NCBI RefSeq assembly: GCF_900167395.1
Contig: NZ_FUWK01000002.1
Coordinates: forward strand, 60,001 to 92,000
Source: Nitrosomonas europaea
GTDB lineage: Bacteria; Pseudomonadota; Gammaproteobacteria; Burkholderiales; Nitrosomonadaceae
Length of the DNA stretch: 32,000 nt
Direction of reading: 5' to 3'
Part shown: positions 20,208-29,316 of the stretch, in pieces
Layout of the letters: every line of letters starts with the position of its first letter
Position numbering within the stretch: position 1 is the first letter of the stretch
Position numbers and translations under genes: made by a program
Notes under the pieces: generated by a model
Seen by the model: only the letters and a program-made list of their open reading frames with translations
Databases searched by the model: none
What the model was told of the DNA's origin: nothing

Positions 20208-20239
20208 GCGTCAATGTGGCAAATTGTCGCACCAGTAAT
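20208..20239 (-). promoter_or_regulatory. Copy B of the shared 32-nt motif, overlapping a sigma70-like promoter upstream of the CobN-like gene
   Basis: The + strand gcgtcaatgtggcaaattgtcgcaccagtaat matches copy A at 28 of 32 positions. On the - strand the motif contains TTGACG (20209-20214), followed by a 17-nt spacer and AATAAT (20186-20191), about 20-40 nt upstream of the candidate start codons. Confidence 0.5.
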
Positions 20240-20368
20240 GATCAGTAGCCTAAAAATAGCGTAATTCATGTACAGATCAAATCCGACAAAACATCAGGAT
20301 CTCACCAGCGATCAGGCTGAATACATCAGCAAATTTTTGTCTGATATCACGTGCTTTAAGCAGAATTA

Positions 20369-22591
20369 TCAGAATTTATAGGAAACATACCCCATGAATG
20401 TCCTGGGCATACCTGGTGTAAAACTGACTCGTGAACCACTCGCATCTTTGTTGACATCAACTGCGTAGCGTTTATCGAATAAATTCTGGACATTAAATGT
20501 TAATCCCCAGTGTTTTCGGTCATATCCTACGGTGAGATTGGTCAGGAAATGATAACCACCATGCCGTTCAGTATTGGCGTTATCAGTAAAATAATCACTT
20601 TGTCCACGTGTCTCGATTCTCCCGTGCCATCCGCTCAAATGCCGGTAAGTCGTATAAACAAAATACATGTGCTCAGGAAAACGAGGCACCTGGTTACCGG
20701 AACGGTTGGCATTGATCGTGGTACGCTGATTGGTAGCAGGATCAATAATTGTCAGCGGCTCAGTCAATCTGTTGAATTTCAGATCCGTATAAGTATAACT
20801 GGCACCAACTTCGAACCCGGAGGTGAAGGCATAGTTACCAAAAAATTCAAAACCGTTCTTACTGGTTTTGCCCGCATTGGTATACAGTGTTTGCAGGTTC
20901 TGCACAAAAGAAATGATTTCATTACTGACATCGGTATGATAGCCAGTGAGATCAAACGACCAGTTACGTCCGCGTCCCTTGAACCCGGCTTCATAATTGA
21001 GATGACCGGAGGCCTTCAGCGTACGTCCAAATTCAACCGCATTCTGGACTTCACTATCTGCCGGAACCTGGTTGGCATGTGCAACTGATGCATACACATT
21101 GATCAGATCAGTAGCGCGATACGTTACCGCTGCTTTGGGCGCAAACAGATCGTATTTTTCCCTGACCTGAATCAAACCACGCCCCGGTGTATAGCGCCCA
21201 CTTGCAAAATCGTAACGCTGGAATTCATTGCGCTCGATATCGAAGCTGACCTGATCAAAGCGCATTTGCAGATCGACGGTGAGACGATCCAATGGAGAGA
21301 GGCTTTCCAGAAAATAGACCCCCCATAAATCATTGGTGGATTTGCTGCGGGAATTGATCTGCCCTTTACGATCAGAAAGAGTGGATATGATACGTCCGCT
21401 TCCCGGCACCGTCAGTACGTCAGCGTAAGCATACTGTAATGCACCATCATTCCAGTTACGCCGCCAGGTACCACCAATTACCATCGATCCGGGTATACCA
21501 AATAAAGAGTGCGTATAGATTCCTTCAAGATCAAAACCAAAATTCCGCTCCCAACCATCCGTGACATTGATTTGTCCAGTAACCGGATGAAACTGTTTCC
21601 ATTGGTTGTAATAGATACGCGGCTTGAACAGCCAATCCCCCGCACGATGTTCCAGGCGACTGTTCATAAACAATATCTGGGAATCTCGTGCGGAATTTTT
21701 CCAGGGATCCTGTGTTTCCAGTGCTTTCCCAGTATTACGATATTGGGCATATTGCTCCCGGCTGAGCGAGCCTGGCAGATTTAACTTGACATCACTGTAA
21801 GTAATCTCGGTTTCAAGCAAGCTCGATTCCCCCAGCTGCCAGCCATGTTTGAGTCCCGCATTAGTGCTGCTAAAGCGATTATGTCTCCGCCAGTCGTTAT
21901 CGGTATGGCGGCGAGAAAAGGTAAAAGCAAGCGCATGTTCATTGAAAACCTTACCGAAACGAGTATGCAGGTTATGTGTGCCCCAGTTCCCCACACCGCC
22001 ACGGATAACATTGTGCTGATCATCGAATGCGGAGCGTGAAATGATGTGAATGGTGCCGCCGGCTGTCCCTGCGCTGTAAAGATCTCCCGGCCCGCGTGTC
22101 ACTTCGATCCGTTCAACATCATCCGGATCAACAAAATCGAGTCGTCCAAAACTGTCTGGATCGAGTATCGGTACGCCATCGCGCAGCAGATTGATCTCCC
22201 GCACACCAAATTGCGCTTTCAATCCTGCACCACGGATCGAGATTTTGGCGTCATAAGCATTATTATTACTCTCGATGCGTAAACCCGGCACCTGACCCTG
22301 AATAGCATCTTTGATATTAAACATGCGCACATCTTTAATCCGTTTTTCATCTACTACACTGATCGACTGCGGTACTTCTTTGGTAGTACGCGCTTCGCGC
22401 GTGGCAGTAACACTGATGGTATCGAACTGTGCCGGCTGTTCAGGTGAAAGTTGTTGTGCAAATAAAGGAAGTGCCGGTAACCAGAACATCAGACAGGAGA
22501 ACCATTTCCATGCAGAAATTCTTGCAGGATATATTCGATGAATAAGCCAGTCCAATGATGTATTTTTGTCACAACCACGCCAAACCTTCAT
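20369..22591 (-). CDS. TonB-dependent outer-membrane receptor (HmuR-like position in the cluster; substrate unknown)
   Basis: 740 aa with a long signal region, a TonB box (DTISVTATRE), a plug (RIEVTRGPGDLYSAGTAGGTIHI), a beta-barrel and a C-terminal ...YVSYKF. A GGAGAAGG Shine-Dalgarno lies upstream of the 22591 start. Confidence 0.88.
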   Translation of the reverse strand: MKVWRGCDKNTSLDWLIHRIYPARISAWKWFSCLMFWLPALPLFAQQLSPEQPAQFDTISVTATREARTTKEVPQSISVVDEKRIKDVRMFNIKDAIQGQVPGLRIESNNNAYDAKISIRGAGLKAQFGVREINLLRDGVPILDPDSFGRLDFVDPDDVERIEVTRGPGDLYSAGTAGGTIHIISRSAFDDQHNVIRGGVGNWGTHNLHTRFGKVFNEHALAFTFSRRHTDNDWRRHNRFSSTNAGLKHGWQLGESSLLETEITYSDVKLNLPGSLSREQYAQYRNTGKALETQDPWKNSARDSQILFMNSRLEHRAGDWLFKPRIYYNQWKQFHPVTGQINVTDGWERNFGFDLEGIYTHSLFGIPGSMVIGGTWRRNWNDGALQYAYADVLTVPGSGRIISTLSDRKGQINSRSKSTNDLWGVYFLESLSPLDRLTVDLQMRFDQVSFDIERNEFQRYDFASGRYTPGRGLIQVREKYDLFAPKAAVTYRATDLINVYASVAHANQVPADSEVQNAVEFGRTLKASGHLNYEAGFKGRGRNWSFDLTGYHTDVSNEIISFVQNLQTLYTNAGKTSKNGFEFFGNYAFTSGFEVGASYTYTDLKFNRLTEPLTIIDPATNQRTTINANRSGNQVPRFPEHMYFVYTTYRHLSGWHGRIETRGQSDYFTDNANTERHGGYHFLTNLTVGYDRKHWGLTFNVQNLFDKRYAVDVNKDASGSRVSFTPGMPRTFMGYVSYKF

Positions 22592-22661
22592 AAAAACCTT
22601 CTCCCTTATTCCTGTTAAAACAGTTACCAGTAGAAATAAGGATGCTGCATAGATTTAAGAT

Positions 22662-22693
22662 GCGTCAATGTGACAAATTGTCACATCAATAAT
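22662..22693 (-). promoter_or_regulatory. Copy A of the shared 32-nt motif, containing a perfect 19-bp palindrome (candidate operator) upstream of the TonB-dependent receptor
   Basis: The + strand gcgtcaatgtgacaaattgtcacatcaataat contains ATGTGACAA-A-TTGTCACAT (22668-22686), a perfect 9-1-9 inverted repeat about 70 nt upstream of the receptor ATG. Confidence 0.55.
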
Positions 22694-23234
22694 TTCTCAT
22701 CTATATATCAAGCATTTATATCTAAAGAGAGTCTATTTGCTTTTGTAAAACTGTTATGAGACAGGTGAATTTCGTGACAAATGAGTATGCAAAAAGGTAA
22801 AAACAAACGGAGTGAAAAAATTTCTCAGAAAGACAAGAGACGATAGTCCCAGGATAAAAGAAGAGAGATTATTTTTCGTTGAGAAGGATGAGCTTGCCGG
22901 ATTATGCTGGTGTACTACAGAACGATACTTGATATTAAACCAATGATTATTTGAGTTTTATTAATTCTTATGTCATAAATCAGGTTGATACGTGTCATAC
23001 CTGATAGAAATCTGATTGCTTATATGTCGATTTCTTTTACAGTAGCTGCAGGCAGGTACGAAATGTCTTATGTTGTAAATCAGTACTTCAAACATACCGT
23101 TGATACAAGTGCAAGAGATGTTCAATGCTGCGGGATGACCCGGGCAGGTGGTGCGTGGCGTATGTTGCCGACGAACTTCCTGCCCCGCGAATGGCAAGCA
23201 CATAAATTCTCGTACCCTGCTAACCCACAGCCCT

Positions 23235-25880
23235 TCAGTTCAGACTCTTGCTCACGACCTCGTACACATCCTTGCTCAATTCACGTTGGGATAGTGATTC
23301 CAATGCCTTGCGCATTAACGTGGCGTGTTCGTCAATAAACTGATGCCAGTGCGTTAATGGTGCCAGCAGGCGGGCGGCCATTTGCGGGTTACGTTGATCG
23401 ATGTCGGCGATCTGATCTGCCAGAAACTGATAGGCTTTACCTGAGCTGTCATGGAAACCGGCAAAATTCTGATTGGCAAAAGCGGCGATCACGGCACGCA
23501 ATTTATTCGGATTACATGCATCAAATGCTTCATGGTTCAAAAGCTGCTGCACTTCCTGCAGGACATTACCCCAGGGCCGTGTTGCCTGCACCTGAAACCA
23601 CATATTTACTACCAGCGCATCATGTTGCCATTGCCGGTAAAACGCCTGCAGCGCTTCCTGTGCTGCTGCCCCGGCATGTTCGGCATGAACCAGCCCTCTC
23701 AGGGCAGCAAACTGGTCAGTCATGTTGTCTGCCTGAATAAACTGCTGCTGCGCCAGATCACGATAATATTCATCATCAATGTGCAGCAAATATGCCAAAG
23801 CCCGATTGCGTAAGCTGCGTGCTGCCATCGCCCGTGCAGATAACCCGGATGCGTTATCCTGCAAAGCCTGGTAACAGCTCAGCAGTTCTGTCTGCAATTG
23901 CATGGCAAGCCGATACTGTAACTGCGTTAATGCCCAACTAATTGCCGGCGGGTTGGCTTTGTCATAAAGGCTTGCCAGATATTGCTCACCGGGCAAATCC
24001 AGCATGCAGGCCAATAAAGCGGCATCCATAGCTGCGTGATCAGCCAGCAATTGTTTAAGTACCTCTATCAGTACCGTCTGCTCTGCAAGGTTATCTTCGC
24101 CGTCAATCGCTTTGCTCAGCACGATGCGCATCAGGCTCTGCATGGCATCCCAACGGCAGAAACCATCGCTATCGAGCAGAATCAATTGCCGCAGTTGCGT
24201 CAGCTGGTAGTCATAAAAAACTCTGACCGGTGCCGAGAAACCACGCAATAAAGATGGCACAGGGTTTTCTGCCACCTGCTCAAACACGATGGTCTGATGC
24301 GCCTCACAGATATCCAGTACGGTTTCCGTACCTCTGGCCAGCCCGTCAATCACCAGAGGCAATGCGCCTTTGCTGCCGTAGAGTGCAACCTTGAGCGGGA
24401 TATGAAGCGCTTCTTTCTCAGTCTGCCCGGGTGTTGCGGGCGTATGCTGGCGAACAGTCAGACTATATTGCTCGCGGTCAGCGTCATAGCTGTCGCTGAT
24501 ATGCAATTGCGGCGTGCCAGCCTGCGAATACCACAGACGAAACTGGCACAGATCCCTGCCTGATACTTCCTCCATGCACTGGACGAAATCATCGCAAGTG
24601 ACGGCCTGCCCATCAAAGTGGCTGAAATACAGATCCGTTGCCTGGCGGTATTGCTCCGGCCCCAGTATATTGGCCAGCATGCGCACCACTTCAGCCCCTT
24701 TCTCATAAATGGTGACGGTATAAAAATTGGATATCTCCATATAGGAATCCGGCCGCACCGGATGCGCCATCGGACCGGCATCTTCAACAAACTGTACGCC
24801 GCGTATGAGACTGACATCCTCTATCCGCTTGACCGCACGGCTGTTCATGTCCGCTGAGAATTCAGAATCGCGATAAACCGTCAACCCCTCTTTCAGGCTC
24901 AACTGAAACCAGTCACGACAAGTGACCCGGTTGCCGGACCAGTTATGAAAATACTCATGGGCGATTACCCTTTCCACGCGCTGAAATGCGGTATCAGTCG
25001 TACTGGCCGGATGAGCCAGTACACAGGACGTGTTGAAGATATTCAGCCCCTTGTTTTCCATTGCCCCCATGTTGAAATCATCCACAGCGACTATCATGAA
25101 ACGATCCAGATCGTATTCCCGGCCGTAGACCTGTTCATCCCAGTGCATGGCTTTTTGCAATGACTGCATCGCGAAATGACATTTATCACTGTCTTTTGCT
25201 TCGGTATAGATTTGCAATAGAATCTGGCGGCCGGATTGCGTGATAAAGCTGTCTTCCAGACAGACCAGATTGCCCGCAACCAGCGCAAATAGATAGCTGG
25301 GTTTTTTGAAAGGATCGTGCCAGTGCACGATGCGCTTGCCATCACGCACCGTATCGGACAGACAATTGCCATTGGAAAGTATGGTCGAAAAAGTACCTTC
25401 CCGGGCAATGATTACCGTTTCAAACTCGCTCATGACATCCGGCCTGTCCAGATAATACGTGATCTTGCGAAAACCCTCGGCCTCACACTGCGTGCAGTAC
25501 ATGCCACTGGAGCGATAAAGTCCTTCCAGTGCAGTATTTTTTTCAGGATAGATGCGGGTTTTGCAGTGCAGTACAAACTGTTCCGGTACGTTGCGAATGG
25601 TCAGATTGTGCGGTGTTATCTGATAACCTCCGGCATCAAGCGGCTGCTCATCAATCGCCAGAGAAAGCAATTCCAGCTGCTCGCCGTGCAAAACCAGATG
25701 ATCTGCTTTTGTACTCTGCGGATTGCGGGTAATTGTCAGCCTGCTGCTGACATCGGTATAACCTTCGTGCAGCTCAAACGTCAGATGCGTTTTTTCAATC
25801 AGAAATTCTGGAACACGGTAATCAGCAAGGCGGGTAACAGCAACAACAGGGGTAATGGGAGTACCAGATATATCGGACAT
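23235..25880 (-). CDS. pepN: Aminopeptidase N (M1 family zinc metallopeptidase)
   Basis: 881 aa with the GAMEN exopeptidase motif and the HEYFHNWSGNRVT...LKEG zinc site (HExxH-18-E). Confidence 0.95.
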   Translation of the reverse strand: MSDISGTPITPVVAVTRLADYRVPEFLIEKTHLTFELHEGYTDVSSRLTITRNPQSTKADHLVLHGEQLELLSLAIDEQPLDAGGYQITPHNLTIRNVPEQFVLHCKTRIYPEKNTALEGLYRSSGMYCTQCEAEGFRKITYYLDRPDVMSEFETVIIAREGTFSTILSNGNCLSDTVRDGKRIVHWHDPFKKPSYLFALVAGNLVCLEDSFITQSGRQILLQIYTEAKDSDKCHFAMQSLQKAMHWDEQVYGREYDLDRFMIVAVDDFNMGAMENKGLNIFNTSCVLAHPASTTDTAFQRVERVIAHEYFHNWSGNRVTCRDWFQLSLKEGLTVYRDSEFSADMNSRAVKRIEDVSLIRGVQFVEDAGPMAHPVRPDSYMEISNFYTVTIYEKGAEVVRMLANILGPEQYRQATDLYFSHFDGQAVTCDDFVQCMEEVSGRDLCQFRLWYSQAGTPQLHISDSYDADREQYSLTVRQHTPATPGQTEKEALHIPLKVALYGSKGALPLVIDGLARGTETVLDICEAHQTIVFEQVAENPVPSLLRGFSAPVRVFYDYQLTQLRQLILLDSDGFCRWDAMQSLMRIVLSKAIDGEDNLAEQTVLIEVLKQLLADHAAMDAALLACMLDLPGEQYLASLYDKANPPAISWALTQLQYRLAMQLQTELLSCYQALQDNASGLSARAMAARSLRNRALAYLLHIDDEYYRDLAQQQFIQADNMTDQFAALRGLVHAEHAGAAAQEALQAFYRQWQHDALVVNMWFQVQATRPWGNVLQEVQQLLNHEAFDACNPNKLRAVIAAFANQNFAGFHDSSGKAYQFLADQIADIDQRNPQMAARLLAPLTHWHQFIDEHATLMRKALESLSQRELSKDVYEVVSKSLN

Positions 25881-25895
25881 GATCAGTAAAGAACA

Positions 25896-25928
25896 ATAAG
25901 TGGGTCAAATAAGCATTAACCCACTTAT
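25896..25928 (-). terminator. Hairpin downstream of metG, a candidate intrinsic terminator, abutting the pepN start
   Basis: A 10-bp perfect stem (ataagtgggt at 25896-25905 with acccacttat at 25919-25928) and a 13-nt loop. On the - strand it is followed by TGTTCTTTAC, which is only a moderate T tract. Confidence 0.35.
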
Positions 25929-26001
25929 GTCTCTTGATTTCAAGCCGTCAAGTGTAATCAGCAGGAGAAAATACCGAATGCACCGCCGTCACGGCTCAAC
26001 A

Positions 26002-28122
26002 CTATTTCACTCGCATACCCGGTTGTGCACCGCTATCCGGGGCGAGCAGGAAAGGCCCTCCTCCGTTTTCACCACTTGCAGCCAGCACCATGCCTTCGGA
26101 TAATCCGAATTTCATTTTGCGTGGAGCAAGATTGGCGACCATGACCGTCAGACGCCCTTTGAGCTGTTCCGGATCATAAGCAGATTTGATGCCGGCGAAG
26201 ACAGTACGCTGTTCAGAGCCGATATCCAGTGTCAGTTGCAGCAATTTGTCAGCACCCGGGACATGTTGCGCATCCACAATACGGGCAATGCGCAGATCGA
26301 TTTTGACGAAATCTTCGATTGAAATGGTTTCCGCAATCGGAGCAACGGGATGCTGTTGCGCCTGACCATGTCGTTGCGGGGAGTGTGATTCAGTTTCTGT
26401 ATTCATCGTTTGCTGCATGGTTTGTTGATTGGCCGTAATCAGTGCAGTAATCTGCTTTGGATCGATACGGGTCATGAGGTGCTGATAGGGGTTGATCACA
26501 TGGCCGGGCGGCAGCAGTGTATCGGATAAAGGTTGCCCGGCCTGCTGCTTCTGCCAGCTCAATTCACCCAGATTGAGGAAATCCTCAATTTGTGCGGCAG
26601 TGCGCGGCAGGATCGGCTTCAGATAACAGGAAAGCAGATAAAACATCTGGATGCCCAAGCTGCAGGCACGGTGCAGCTCCCGCTCCCGCGTTTCATCTCT
26701 GGCAATCTCCCAGGGGGCGAGCTCATGAATCAGCTCATTGACTTCATCTGCGCGTCGCATGATATGGCGTACTGCTGCAGAAAAATCACGTGCTTCATAA
26801 GCAGCCTCGATCACCCCCGGCTGCCAGCCGGCAAAATGTTCATCCACCATTTGCTGCAGCAGACGGTAATCCTCACCACTCACCAGCTTGCCGCCAAACC
26901 GCTTGCTGATGAATCCCGCACACCGGCTGGCGATGTTGATGTATTTGCCCACCAGATCAGAATTGACGCGCGCGACGAAATCATCCAGGTTGAGGTCGAT
27001 ATCTTCCATACTGCCATTCAGCTTGGCGGCATAGTAGTAGCGCAGCCATTCCGGGTTCAGCCCCTGTTCCAGATAGCTTTCCGCGGTAATGAACGTACCG
27101 CGTGATTTACTCATTTTTTCACCGTTCACAGTCAGAAAACCGTGAGCAAAAATCTGTGTGGGTGTCCGGTAGCCCGCGTTCTCCAGCATCGCTGGCCAGA
27201 AAAGTGCATGGAAATAAAGAATATCCTTACCGATGAAATGATAAAGCTCGGTTGTGGAATCCTTTTTCCAGTACGCGTCGAAATCAATTCCCTTCCGGGC
27301 ACAGAGTTTTTTGAAGCTGCCCATGTAACCAATGGGCGCATCCAGCCAGACGTAAAAATACTTGCCGGTTTCACCGGGGATTTCGAAGCCGAAATAAGGA
27401 GCATCACGCGAAATATCCCAGTCGGAAAGTTTGTTCTCTCCTGCTTCACCCAGCCATTCCGCCATTTTGTTGGCTGCTTCTGCCTGCAGGTGATTCCCTT
27501 CATGCGTCCAGCGACGCAGAAAATCCGCACAGCGGCTATCGGACAATTTGAAGAAGAAATGCTCTGAAGTTTTTCTGACGGGAGTTGCACCGGAAACGGC
27601 AGAATAGGGATTCTTCAGTTCGGTCGGCGTATAGGCCGCACCACAAGCCTCGCAGGAATCTCCGTATTGTTCGGCTGCACCACATTTGGGACATTCACCT
27701 TTGACAAAACGATCCGGCAGAAACAGGTTTTTGATCGGATCATAAAGCTGTTCGATTGCACGCACGGCAATCAGTCCCGCTTCTTTCAATTTGCGGTAAA
27801 TATCCTCGGCATAGTAGCGTGTCTCATCGGAATGCGTACTGTAATACTGGTCGAAAGCAATATGAAAGCCGGTAAAATCACGCAGATGTTCCGCATGAAC
27901 GCGTGCAATCAGCGCTTCAGGCGAAATTCCTTCCTTTTCGGCACGCAGCATGACGGGCGTGCCGTGAGTATCATCCGCACAAACATAATAGACGGTATGC
28001 CCCTGCATTTTCTGGAAACGCACCCAGATATCGGTCTGGATATACTCAACCAGATGTCCGAGATGAATGCTGCCATTGGCATAAGGCAATGCGGAAGTTA
28101 CCAGGATATTGCGTATAGTCAT
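26002..28122 (-). CDS. metG: Methionyl-tRNA synthetase with a C-terminal tRNA-binding (EMAPII/Trbp111-like) domain
   Basis: 706 aa with the HIGH-type motif ([12 protein letters not shown]), zinc knuckles (CPKCG...CEACG) and KMSKS. The C-terminal ...[10 protein letters not shown]...[19 protein letters not shown] marks the tRNA-binding domain. Confidence 0.96.
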   Translation of the reverse strand: MTIRNILVTSALPYANGSIHLGHLVEYIQTDIWVRFQKMQGHTVYYVCADDTHGTPVMLRAEKEGISPEALIARVHAEHLRDFTGFHIAFDQYYSTHSDETRYYAEDIYRKLKEAGLIAVRAIEQLYDPIKNLFLPDRFVKGECPKCGAAEQYGDSCEACGAAYTPTELKNPYSAVSGATPVRKTSEHFFFKLSDSRCADFLRRWTHEGNHLQAEAANKMAEWLGEAGENKLSDWDISRDAPYFGFEIPGETGKYFYVWLDAPIGYMGSFKKLCARKGIDFDAYWKKDSTTELYHFIGKDILYFHALFWPAMLENAGYRTPTQIFAHGFLTVNGEKMSKSRGTFITAESYLEQGLNPEWLRYYYAAKLNGSMEDIDLNLDDFVARVNSDLVGKYINIASRCAGFISKRFGGKLVSGEDYRLLQQMVDEHFAGWQPGVIEAAYEARDFSAAVRHIMRRADEVNELIHELAPWEIARDETRERELHRACSLGIQMFYLLSCYLKPILPRTAAQIEDFLNLGELSWQKQQAGQPLSDTLLPPGHVINPYQHLMTRIDPKQITALITANQQTMQQTMNTETESHSPQRHGQAQQHPVAPIAETISIEDFVKIDLRIARIVDAQHVPGADKLLQLTLDIGSEQRTVFAGIKSAYDPEQLKGRLTVMVANLAPRKMKFGLSEGMVLAASGENGGGPFLLAPDSGAQPGMRVK

Positions 28123-28221
28123 CAGTTACCAGTCAAATATATGAAAAAAGAATTGTATAACAAACCAGCCGACGCGATATTTGCTAACATCAATAGTTTT
28201 TGATCACAGGAGCTTTTTCAA

Positions 28222-29307
28222 TTGATCACACAACAACAAATTGAAACAGTACTGGGGCAGATTATCGATCCCACAACCGGCAAGGATTATCTAACCAGCA
28301 AGGCAGTCAGCGACATTCAAATCAAGCAGGATAATGTCTCGGTCAATATCGAACTTGGTTATCCGGCCAAAAGCGTGCTGAATACCGTTCACCAGCAAAT
28401 CGAACAGGCTATACGCACTGTGCCGGGGATCGGATCGATAACAGTCAATGTAACCAGCAATATCATTGCCCACAGCGCACAACGTAAACTTAAGCTGATT
28501 CCCGGCGTCAAGAATGTTATCGCCGTGGCTTCAGGCAAAGGGGGGGTCGGTAAATCCGCGACTGCCGTCAATCTTGCATTGGCACTGGCTGCTGAAGGCG
28601 CAACTGTGGGAATTCTGGATGCGGATATTTACGGCCCCTCACAACCACAAATGCTCGGTGTCAGCGGACGGCCCGATTCTCCGGATGGCAAAACCATCGA
28701 ACCGATGCAGGCACACGGTATCCAGATGATGTCGATCGGATTGCTGATCGATGTGGAAACACCGATGGTCTGGCGCGGACCGATGGTGACACAGGCTTTG
28801 CAGCAATTGCTGAACGACACCCGCTGGCATGATCTCGACTATCTGGTCATCGATCTGCCACCTGGCACCGGTGATATTCAATTGACACTCGCCCAGAAAA
28901 TTCCGGTGACCGGTGCGGTAATCGTTACCACGCCGCAGGACATCGCACTGCTGGATGCCCGCAAAGGCTTGAAGATGTTTGAAAAAGTCGGCATTCCCAT
29001 TCTGGGTATCGTGGAAAACATGAGTCTGCACACCTGTTCACACTGCGGACACACCGAACCGATTTTCGGAACCGGCGGGGGTGAAAAAATGTGCCGGGAT
29101 TACAACGTCGAACTGCTCGGTGCACTGCCGCTGGATATCCGCATCCGTGAACACACTGATGCCGGCAAGCCCAGCGTAGTAGCCGAACCGGACGGACAGA
29201 TCGCAGATATTTATCGCACCATTGCACGCCTGGTTGCCGCCAAAATCTCCGATATGGCGCGCGATTATTCGGATGTGTTTACTCAGATCATCATGGAAGA
29301 CGACTAA
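28222..29307 (+). CDS. apbC: Fe-S cluster carrier ATPase of the Mrp/ApbC/NBP35 family
   Basis: 361 aa with a TTG start, an N-terminal DUF59-like region, a deviant Walker A (ASGKGGVGKS) and a CxxC motif (HTCSHCGH). It is divergent from metG, as in many proteobacteria. Confidence 0.92.
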   Translation: MITQQQIETVLGQIIDPTTGKDYLTSKAVSDIQIKQDNVSVNIELGYPAKSVLNTVHQQIEQAIRTVPGIGSITVNVTSNIIAHSAQRKLKLIPGVKNVIAVASGKGGVGKSATAVNLALALAAEGATVGILDADIYGPSQPQMLGVSGRPDSPDGKTIEPMQAHGIQMMSIGLLIDVETPMVWRGPMVTQALQQLLNDTRWHDLDYLVIDLPPGTGDIQLTLAQKIPVTGAVIVTTPQDIALLDARKGLKMFEKVGIPILGIVENMSLHTCSHCGHTEPIFGTGGGEKMCRDYNVELLGALPLDIRIREHTDAGKPSVVAEPDGQIADIYRTIARLVAAKISDMARDYSDVFTQIIMEDD

Positions 29308-29316
29308 GGGCCTCTA

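Noticed and set aside
20233-20247. A Fur box adjacent to or overlapping the shared motif (also 22686-22700)
   Set aside because: The match to GATAATGATAATCATTATC is at best about 9 of 14 in copy B and worse in copy A, which is not convincing.
20167-20368. A second cobalamin riboswitch or B12 box in front of the CobN-like gene or the second receptor (also 22592-22980)
   Set aside because: I read both minus-strand leaders. No AGYCMGGAGACCKGCC-type B12 box, GCCACTG or GGGAA core elements are present, so this cluster does not appear to be riboswitch-controlled.
22985-23338. 117-aa + strand ORF in the receptor-pepN gap
   Set aside because: Its 3' part overlaps the pepN coding end on the opposite strand. 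Its composition is rich in Cys, Arg and Pro and unlike a real protein, and there is no SD.
25317-28203. Several long + strand ORFs (25317-25889, 26533-27105, 27142-27567, 27667-28203)
   Set aside because: All are antisense shadows of pepN and metG. None has a recognisable domain or translation signals.
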